Positions 11,591-20,000 of a DNA stretch of 20,000 nucleotides are shown one piece after another. The notes under the pieces were generated by a model. That model ran no database searches and was not told where the DNA came from. It saw nothing but the letters and a program-made list of their open reading frames with translations. Each line of letters starts with the position of its first letter. Within the stretch, counting starts at the first letter, position 1. Where the stretch lies: positions 10,242,986 to 10,262,985 of the forward strand of contig JBOZIK010000001.1 of assembly GCA_051453625.1 (NCBI GenBank), given 5' to 3'. Position numbers and translations under genes: made by a program. The DNA is from Welwitschia mirabilis. Its lineage: Eukaryota.

Positions 11591-11621
11591 TTGAATAAGG
11601 AGGAAAGTCCTCCTTATTCAA
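11591..11621. repeat. Perfect inverted repeat, 14-bp arms and 3-nt loop
   Basis: TTGAATAAGGAGGA-AAG-TCCTCCTTATTCAA. Confidence 0.92.
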
Positions 11622-12187
11622 CTATTAAAATTCTTTACATATCAGTGTGCATACTTAGGGTATGCTCGAAGCCAACTAGACTTTCTCTGATATTTTCCTT
11701 GATTAGGCTTCACTCCCTCTGATACTTTATCTTTTTATCTGAGTGTACCATGTTCTTGCATGTTCAATGATGTTTTTTGCAATGTTATATTTTTTGTCAT
11801 CCAGACTATTACCTAGACGACTATTATAGAAATAAAAAATATAAAACAGAGAATTAAAAAAAAAAGAATCAAATCCAAAACTGATAGTTGTTTGTCTATG
11901 TCATCTGGATGACAAAGGACATGATAGCGATTTATTTTGTGGTGGAAAACTGAAAACAAAAATTACAGAAAATCTCAGAAAAATCCTAACTCTTGGTTAT
12001 CATCTACTATATCATCTAGATGACAGAATTGAAAAATGTGGAAAGAAATATGAAAAATGCAAAAAAAATGTGGATATAAAAACTGTGATATTTATAGTAA
12101 AAATACAATTCTATTGTAAACAAGTATCTAAATTGAAATCCAAAGCACTTATCTAGGTAACGAAAATCCTCGAACTCCTTATGGCCT

Positions 12188-12205
12188 TCCCCCATGATGG
12201 TTCCA
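12188..12205 (-). promoter_or_regulatory. Degenerate primer binding site, tRNA-Asp (Athila) type
   Basis: Minus strand TGGAACCATCATGGGGGA lies 3 nt after the LTR end. It matches TGGCGCCGTTGCCGGGGA at 11/18 positions, and 5 of the 7 mismatches are transitions. Confidence 0.55.
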
Positions 12206-12208
12206 AGG

Positions 12209-13460
12209 TGTTGTGATGCATATTTATGAAAATGTTATGTCTTTTATCAAATCTAATTAATCATAAATATATGCAAAAACACAACATACTAATATAGATG
12301 AGAGTGGACATGAATGTCATAATCCATCAAAAGCATTAGGTGAGAAGAAAGAGAATTCATTTTCACAAAGTATTTTTATATTTTTCTTTTAGGTTTAATA
12401 AAATGAAAAGTACAATGCAAGAAAATAAATACACTATGCAATGCAAATGCAAACTAATGTAAATGCAATATCTATTCGACTACTAAATCTTTGTTACCAA
12501 GATTGGCCTTGTAAAACCTAGATCAATTAAGGCAACTATCACTAACCAAAACCAACCTTGGCTATTTAGTATATCAAACAGAATATAAAAAACATGCAAT
12601 GATTGATCTAAAAAATATAAAAAGCAGTGTAAGTTTCTAAACTAATGATTTCAATCTTGACAAAGGCTTCCCTTCATGATCTATATCAATTATGGAATTG
12701 TCACGAAATCATAATTAACATAAATCATAAGGGACATGCATATGAATAAAACTAAAAGAATAAGATTTTTATTAAAGTCAAACCAATATTTTATTATAAA
12801 GCAGTAACACTTTAATGAAGGAGACATAACCCAACATGAATAAAGGCTCCTCTTTGCAACTAATGGGTGGATCTTCTATCCTTTGATCTCCTATCATAAG
12901 AATTTCTAGTGCTAAAGAAGATCATCAGAGTTGAGGGTGAAGGTAGTTTTTACTAACAACAATAGACTCAAAAATAGAAACTCTAACAGATGCAACTAAT
13001 ATCCTAATAGTGCATAGAAGGCACATGACACATTGTACAAATTTGATAAAGCTTGGTACATTGACTAAAATTAGGTATCATCCTTCTAGTCATCTGAATG
13101 ATGATGGGGATGACGCCACATTAAGAGAGTTCTATATTTATCCTTTATATCAGTCCAGTTAGTATTCTAGTTAGCATGTAAGTGGTGTCATCTAGGTTTT
13201 CCTCCAGACAATGGAGGTAATGACAAACTTCTTCAAGCTCTTCAATCAAGTGAATTTGGCCTTGTAGAACCTTAATTCCTTATCAAAATATGAATTATTA
13301 TAATTGATCCAAAATGCCTCTAAATTTGCTAGTAATTGTGCATTTCCATGGTATTTTTCTTGACTCTCAATAATCATTATTTTCAACTTAATACTATCTA
13401 AATGTCCTATAAAAGTACTTAAATTACCCCATCAAAAACATATAATTTGGTATTGCAACA
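12209..13460 (-). mobile_element. Family B LTR (5' LTR, 1252 bp)
   Basis: Termini are TGTTGTGATGCA ... TATTGCAACA (TG..CA with terminal inverted repeat). It is homologous to 6006-7257, 8191-8770, 3282-3694 and 19293-20000. Confidence 0.85.
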
Positions 13461-14826
13461 CTGGTAATGCATCACTAACTTCTTCATATAGAACAGGTTA
13501 AATCTGTTGGAAGAAGATGTCATAATACTAAACTTTTAATATGATCAAATCCTAGAAGCATGTTGCTCATGATTGTAGGAGGGAAAAATTAGAAATAAAT
13601 CAAGATGGAATCAGAGACTTCTTCTGATTTGCTTATTTTGACATTTGTTACTCAACATCTTTTTACTACTCTTTATTTACATGAAGCTATTTAATTAATG
13701 CTTTTTCTTTTTTTGACTTAGATCTATAATTAAATAAAATTTTTCTAGGCTATTACCTTAATTTCATAGTTTCATTCATTCATAGTATGCATGATAGAGT
13801 CTTAGTTATATTCTTATTTACTTCATTTTCATTCATTCCACTATTACATACACATGCATTTGCCCTTTCATCACTATTAAAAAGCACATTTAAATGTATG
13901 TATATGTTTGTTGTGATAAGATTTTTCACTCCATAAGTCATGTTAGAACTAAATCATTCTAGATTATCATTAAAATTAAATGATCCTTAGGCTCTTACTT
14001 CACCTAATTTTTATTTACTCTAAGCATTTTTTGTCATTTTATCACCTTGGCTATTATGTTTTCATAATCCATACATATTTTCATGTTTAATGTTCTAAAC
14101 TTAAGTGCATTTACCTTAGAAAACTGGCATCGCCATGAGCCTTCATCAGTGCCATTGTCAATTCCTCTTTGTCCATGTTACACTTCACATGAAGCTTTTT
14201 TCATGTCTACAATCATCTCAAGTCATTGGCAGGTCATGATCTTTTATAAAATTGAACTGTAACTTGGTCTTTATCCATTGTCCACATCATGTTGACATTT
14301 TCTTCATCATCTTCATTCTCATCTTTTTCTTCATTTTTACCTTTCTTCTGTTTTCCCCTATTGCGTTTAGTTTCATGTACAATAATCATTTGTGAAGCCT
14401 TATCATTTCTCATAGAATTACTTTTCATGTTTACCCTCTTTCCATGTAATTTTAGACATACATAGCATTGTTTTCACTTTTCATTCCTTGCATGTACTTC
14501 TCTTTAGCATACTTCTATGTTCAACTACATGAAATGCATCCTTATCTTTCATGCCTTATATGTGTATTCCCTTCTCCGTTATATGAGTTTTAATGACAAA
14601 ATTAAACTTGGTTAGGAAGGAGTAGGCATTTCAATTTGAATTTTCTTTTCATGCTTCATTCATTCTATTCAAGTGGAATCAGCTCAAAAATTGGCTAACT
14701 TTTTTTTCTTAATTTTTCCATCACATTTTTTTATTACCAGAATGATTTTTACTTGCAACTTTTCTATGTTATTTAACTTTGTTGCACTTTTTGCTACGAG
14801 ACTAGAAAACAGTTGATTGGGGAGCA
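13461..14826 (+). mobile_element. 3' internal region and PPT of family A copy 3
   Basis: 14590-14826 resembles 2490-2722 and 4345-4567. The junction is TTTTGCTACGAGACTAGAAAACAGTTGATTGGGGAGCA|TGATAACATGC. Assignment of 13461-14590 is by position only. Confidence 0.55.
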
Positions 14827-15464
14827 TGATAACATGCAAAAAGTAACATTTATCTTAAGTAATTAAAGCCACTTTAGCATAATCAATCTATTAGTCTCAC
14901 TGTTTTATTGATTTATTTTTAGTGATGTTGTTATAATCACAATTTATAATATTTAGCGTTCACATTATGACTTTTCAAGTTTATAGCTACATAAGGAAGC
15001 ATGTGGCAAAAAATAAGCATGAATTGGATGAAAAAGCTAGTGGTTTCACTTATAGTTGATGGAAGTGCCAATCTTTTTTCGAGTTTGGAGCTCATCTTTA
15101 CTTTCTTGGATCAACTTCCTATGATGATTTCATTAATCTTATGGGTTACCAAATTTGAAGAAGTTTATTTTTACACATATATTTCTAAGAGAAACCCCTT
15201 AATTTGGCCTTATGGTTAAATAATAACCCCAATATGCCTTGAAAATGCTAATTTGTAACCTTGAGTTGGCCTATAAATAGCCTATTTCGATTCAATTGAA
15301 TTGATTCATTATTAGATTAATACAAAGGAATTTAAGCATGCTTACTTTCTGAGTTTTCATTTTGGGGATGAAATGGCCCTCCAAGGTTAGCAGGACATTT
15401 TTATTATTGTGATTTCTACCTTACCTTCATGTAGAATTGCTCTTTTTAGTTAATAAAATCTTCT

Positions 15465-15650
15465 TTCATTCTCAATTTGATTTCTTGATATCAAGTATGT
15501 ATGTTTTCAATACTTGCTATCCTTTAATAAGATTGAAGTTCTTTATGTTAAAGTAATATTCTTAATTTTCATTCTTAATCTAATTTATTCATATCAAATA
15601 TGTATGTTTCTCATACTTGTTATACTTGAATAGGATTGAAGTTGTTTATG
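15465..15650 (+). repeat. Diverged direct repeat within the LTR, period 103 bp
   Basis: TTCATTCT.AAT...ATATCAA.TATGTATGTTT...ATACTTG.TAT.CTT.AATA.GATTGAAGTT.TTTATG occurs at 15465-15547 and 15568-15650. Confidence 0.85.
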
Positions 15651-15890
15651 CATTTACCATTTCAAGTAAAGTCTTAGAGTAAAATCTTGGTTCTTTAGTT
15701 ACTATTATTCAATGTTCTTTGGGATCAAAAATCCTACTTAGCATGCTTATGAAGTAAGCTATGAGAGTTAGGAGGACTTAGAGTCTTCATAAATGCTTAA
15801 GCTTCATTACATATCTCTATAGATCTAGGTTGAAGTGATACTATTATTATTCAGAATTGTGGTCATTACAAAGAGATGTACATGTTGATT

Positions 15891-15948
15891 CTTATGACTA
15901 TGCTTATTCTCTAGCTTACCTTATGGCTATGCTTATTCCCTAGCTCGC
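15891..15948 (+). repeat. 29-bp tandem duplication within the LTR
   Basis: CTTATGACTATGCTTATTCTCTAGCTTAC / CTTATGGCTATGCTTATTCCCTAGCTCGC. Confidence 0.88.
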
Positions 15949-16919
15949 ATTCTTGGTTAATCACACATATCTTCCTTTTATCCTTATACTAGAGTATCTT
16001 TATATGATAGTTACAAAAGTGATTTGTGCATGCTTATTTATTTATGTTACCTCATTTATCCCTTGGATAGAATAACACGAGAGCCATACTACAAACAGAA
16101 GTCCTAGATTTTTTGGTAAAAGTCTAGTTTGGCATGTATGATTTGTATCCTTAGTATGATTAAATAAATAATAATCATGATTATATTAATGATGAAATAA
16201 AAGAGTAAATCCAATCATAAATCAAGGTGCATTCACTAATTATGTAGACATTATAGTAAATGCCAATTCAACACAAATAAAATACTATGTCTTGACAAGA
16301 TAAATGCCTCATGACTTATTCATTTCCTTACAATAAAGAAGTAAAAATAGATTCTCAAAACCTCATGGTTAGATAAGCCCTCATTATAGCTATAGGAGAT
16401 CTAGACCTAAAATGATATAATTCCTAATTAAGCATGAAGATCAAGTATAGAATGAATCATAATTTACTCATGAGATAAGCCTTTCTTATATTTTTTTCCC
16501 CTTAAGGTTGTGAATTTTTTTGATACATCCTAAGGATTAAATCTCCTTTAATGGTAGGAGTTAAATATGTAGTCCTTAATCCTTATAAACTAACTTATCT
16601 CTGGAATATATGGCTACTTTATTATCTTAACCTTTATTTTGCTACCCTCGTTTTTTGGGGTCTGTTATCCTAAAAAATGCTACTGGAAGTGAGAGTAATA
16701 TTAAACCCCTTTATTTGTTTAGCTATGATAAATTTTGGATATCTTAAGATGACCTATTAATGAAATACCACAAATTAGTCCCTTTTAATAATATATTTAA
16801 AAATTAAAAGATAACACATGATTAACAATAATTCAATAATAAATGTAGTATCTATAGCCTTAAAAATACATTGATTAACTAAAGTTTAGAGGTTAAATAT
16901 ATTAAATTTCATATGTAAA

Positions 16920-19292
16920 TAGCTATTACATGAAAGTTTTACTATCATTATTTTCTATGACCACATATTACATGATCACTAGCATTACACATTAGCTCAA
17001 AATTGTAGATCAATTTGGCTTAAACAAAATGAATGCACATGATATCTTCTCTAAAATATGAAATACTTCCTGACATAAACTATTCAATTCAAATGAAGTA
17101 ATTTATAAATTTTTGAAAAGTCCTTTATGAAACTCCTAGAAAATTTTCAACATGACCTAAAAAAGATGTAATTTATCTTAAATTTGAGAAAGGAAACATT
17201 TCTTTAGTGACTTGAACCTTTGAATGATACACTTCAATTCCTTGCATTATATAATGCTTAAGGATAATTCTCCTTTAAACTAACAGTAGGTCATTCTCCC
17301 AACTTAATTTTAATCTATTCTATATGCATCTATCTAAAATTTCTCTTAAACTCTCTAATGTTTAACTAAAATAATCTACTCATAAAGAGGAATCATCTAT
17401 AGAGTCTTTAATACATAATTACAGCATATTAGTAAGGATGCCTAACATAACTCTTTACAAGGTACTTAAAGCATTACACAAACCAAATTATATCTGTCTA
17501 AAGGCATAATCCCAAAAAGGCAAGCTAAAAGTGGTTTTATATTGATCCTTGTCCATGATAAAAATTTGGTTGTACCCATTATGACCATCTTGAAAACACT
17601 AGTTTTAATATCTATTCAAAAAATCTAAAATTTCATTTAGAAAATCTAATGAGTAATGGTCCTTTTTAGGATGTCAATTCAGTTTCCTACAATTGATACA
17701 CACCATTCATTTTCCTTATTTCTTATGGGTCTACTATTATAGGGATGATTCATTTACTATTTATAATAGAATACACAGTACTAGTTTCTACTCACTTAAT
17801 GATTTCCTCCTTAATAATTTACCTCAAACTTGGATTTAATCTCCTCTAGGATTGCCTTATAGGATTGGTATTCTCCTCTAGCTAGATCTTATGTTGAATA
17901 ATTTATGAAATAATATTCTATAAATCCTTATGAGTCTAGGTAAATACTTAAAATTTTCTTGTCAATACATAAATTACTTGGCATTTTTTCATCCTAGATA
18001 AAGTTGATGAAATGTTTAAAGATTTCTTATAATCTCCATCGATAAAAACATATTCTAAGTTATTTGGCAATCTTTTAATTTTAATTCATGTAATTCAACA
18101 TGTAATGGAATGTTTATTCCTCCCACTAAAATAAGGTTGTAATATCACCTCAAAGTTTTCCTTCTTTTAGATTCAAAAATATTCTTATGACCTCCATCAA
18201 ATGGGGTAAAGGTTCCTTTAACAAATCTTCATTTAATTCACAAGAATTAGAAGAATCAAGAATGATTGAATGATAGTTGCTTTGTTATTAATATAAACCA
18301 AGGAAATGGCTGATTTAAAATGAGTTAGAATTAATATTTCTTCAAGGTCTTAGCCTTAATCATTAAATCAACTACCTTGGTTATCTCATTTGGTCCCCTC
18401 ATCTTCTTAACTATGTCAAAAAAACCTTGGTTACCTCATTTGGTAACTTCAACTTCTTAATTATGTAAAAAGTCCTAAGGTTAAACTTTTTTATTATTAA
18501 ACAACATTATCATTATTTTTCTTCTAGTATTAATGATGCAATGGATAGTGACACAAGAAATTCTATTTAAATCCATGGATACCCACCTTATTTGGCTATT
18601 TAAAGGAGAACGAAATTAGTAGTGTAAAAACCTTTATCAATTTAAGGTACTAGGAACTTGATAATCAGTTTTGTTATAGAAGCATCTAGTTTGTCCAATG
18701 TTATGTCAGTGGGCTAATTTTTTTCCCTCCAACTACAATATTTTTTCTATATGAAAGGGAATAACATTAAAACTTGCTCCTAAATCAACAAAGAATTTTC
18801 TTCACTTCTTACTACCTTCTAAGATTACACTTAAGAAGAGAAGCTCCGAAGTCCTTATACTTAGGGGCTCTATTAGCTACAAAAGATGTTGTACTTTAAG
18901 CCATAAATACTTTCTTTGGTGTAGTTCTAGTCTTGTTCCAGTCACCAAATCCCTCCAAATTTTTACATGCTTACTATCTTTCAAAGAAATAGGTTGATTT
19001 TAAATCCTTTCATAATTTCCATTAGATACTCATCATATACTCAAGTTGGCTTTAGACACTTCATCCAAGGGGTTTATTTTTCATCCTCTTTTATTTTGCT
19101 ATTGTTATAAGTTGTTGAAGAAGTGGATTGATCTCAATTAGATGAAGGTATTATTTTCTTAACATCTTCTTCCTTAATTGGATTTTTAAGATTCATGTTT
19201 ATTTCCTTATATGTCCCTGCCTAATAATCTTTCACATTATCCTTATTAGCATATGGTTGAGAGGGGGATCATCCCTTATTTTTGTTAATCAC
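16920..19292 (-). pseudogene. Ty3/gypsy (Athila-like) gag C-terminus - aspartic protease - reverse transcriptase - partial RNase H, with many stops and frameshifts
   Basis: Manual minus-strand translation gives, in order: NKG*SPSQPYAN (gag end); KKVFMA..APKYKD; FVDLGASFNVIP (protease, DLGAS 18772-18786); KRLPNNLEYVF; HKI*LEENTNPIRQS*RRLNP; VCINCRKLN*HPKKDHY; CFQDGHNGYNQI; KTTF..FGLCNA; SIDD (17392-17403, the YxDD-equivalent site); ITSFLGH..FIKDFSKI; FELMCNASDHV (RNase H, 16969-17001). Integrase is not seen. Confidence 0.93.
18374..18473 (+). repeat. 50-bp tandem duplication between protease and RT
   Basis: ACCTTGGTTA.CTCATTTGGT..C.TCA.CTTCTTAA.TATGT.AAAA x2, 41/50 identical by manual count. 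Confidence 0.88.
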
Positions 19293-20000
19293 TGTTGTGG
19301 TGTGTATTTATGCATGCTTTTACATTTAAATAGATTTTGTCATTAATAATCAAAAATAGATATTATGCATAATACATCACGCTAATATAATGAAAGTGAC
19401 CCGAAATGTCATATCTCATTGAAATCCACCCACATGAGACTCAGGTTGCTTTTGCGATTTAATCTTAGGAACCGAAAATAATAAGGAACAATCCAAGAAA
19501 ATAAACTACCATGCAGAGTGTAATATGCAATCTAAACTAACATGCAAGGCAAAATGATCCTAACCCTACTTGCTTTTCAGCCTTAACAAAGGCTGTCCTT
19601 GATAATCTATGTCACCCAACAAATTGTCACGAGATCTTGAGAAACATTAAACTATAAGGGACATAAGAAATCCTACAATGAAAAAATAAAATAAAATAAG
19701 ATTTATATTAAAATGGTAACAATATCCAGGTTACAAACAGCTAGGTCTTAATGAAAGATATTTAGCCCTCCACCAAGTGCTTACCTTTCTGTAACTCTCA
19801 AGATAGATCTCCTGCCCTTCGCTCTCCTATCATGAGAATCTCTAATGCATCAAAGATGGGAAGAAGAGTCAAAGGAGGTCTTATTTATAAAAAAATACAA
19901 CAGAAATGGACAAACAAAAGGTATAGTTACATACGCTCATTAAGGGCTTAGAAACAGATGAAACGACTGACAGAATCTATCAGTGACAGTTACATGTCAA
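19293..20000 (-). mobile_element. Family B-related LTR inserted into gag; continues beyond the window
   Basis: On the + strand it begins TGTTGTGGTGTGTATTTATG, like 12209. It shares AATTGTCACGA, ATAAGGGACAT, TTAATGAA.GA and TCTCCTATCAT.AGAAT with 12209-13460. There is no PBS on its left, and it abuts the gag reading frame. Confidence 0.8.

Larger units (their letters stand above)
8191..13460 (-). mobile_element. Putative non-autonomous Athila-like element (5'LTR-PBS-3.4 kb internal region-PPT-3'LTR) with no recognisable pol
   Basis: LTR (12209-13460), PBS-like site (12188-12205), PPT (8771-8785) and LTR (8191-8770) are in consistent order and orientation. No protease, RT, RH or integrase motifs were seen in 8771-12187. 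The two LTRs are quite diverged, so the pairing is not certain. Confidence 0.55.
14827..16141 (+). mobile_element. Family A LTR copy 3 (~1315 bp)
   Basis: It starts TGATAACATGCAAAA like 4568, and shares AACCCCTTAA and CCTATAAATA with the other copies. It ends TCTAGTTTGGCATGTATGA, a decayed inverted repeat of the start. Confidence 0.78.

Noticed and set aside
6001..13465. A single element bounded by the two 1252-bp LTRs (6006-13460)
   Set aside because: The flanks TTTTA and CTGGT are not a target-site duplication. A third LTR and an unsized gap lie between them.
14115..14160. CTGATGA on the - strand (also at ~12922-12928) as a possible hammerhead ribozyme/retrozyme core
   Set aside because: There is no stem II closed directly by GAAA and no convincing stems I/III. 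An Infernal search would settle it.
14234..14428. 64-aa K/E/D-rich minus-strand ORF
   Set aside because: It is a low-complexity product of a pyrimidine-rich + strand tract, and no domain was recognised.
15001..15219. 72-aa ORF
   Set aside because: It lies inside the family A LTR, and the ORF track shows no equivalent in the other two copies.
16142..16919. AT-rich segment with AATTAGTCCCT, reminiscent of Mutator/MITE termini
   Set aside because: No paired terminal inverted repeats or target-site duplication were found, so it is left unassigned.
1..20000. CRISPR array or prokaryotic defence/operon system
   Set aside because: There are no regularly spaced repeats with unique spacers and no gene-dense coding. 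The content is plant-type retrotransposon debris.

Overview
This window is very AT-rich, CpG-depleted eukaryotic DNA, most likely flowering-plant heterochromatin. It is almost entirely old, nested Athila-like Ty3/gypsy LTR retrotransposon debris. I found no intact host gene, RNA gene or CRISPR array. Two LTR families can be resolved by eye. Family A starts TGATAA/GCATG, is ~1.1-1.3 kb, and has three + strand copies at 2723, 4568 and 14827, each preceded by a decayed polypurine tract (PPT). Family B has termini TGTTG...CAACA, is ~1.25 kb, and has five copies at 3282(+), 6006(-), 8191(-), 12209(-) and 19293(-). A heavily mutated gag-protease-RT-RNaseH pseudogene lies on the - strand at ~16920-19292, and a decayed Athila-type 3' extra ORF lies at ~726-1780. 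There are three assembly gaps (100 N, 19 N, 100 N). The best leads are a pol-less 5.3-kb family-B derivative, an Athila-like RT lacking the usual Athila insertion, a recurrent double-palindromic GTCGTC..GACGAC motif, and a small structured non-coding island. I cannot support a claim of a wholly new biological system. All alignments and translations were done by eye.
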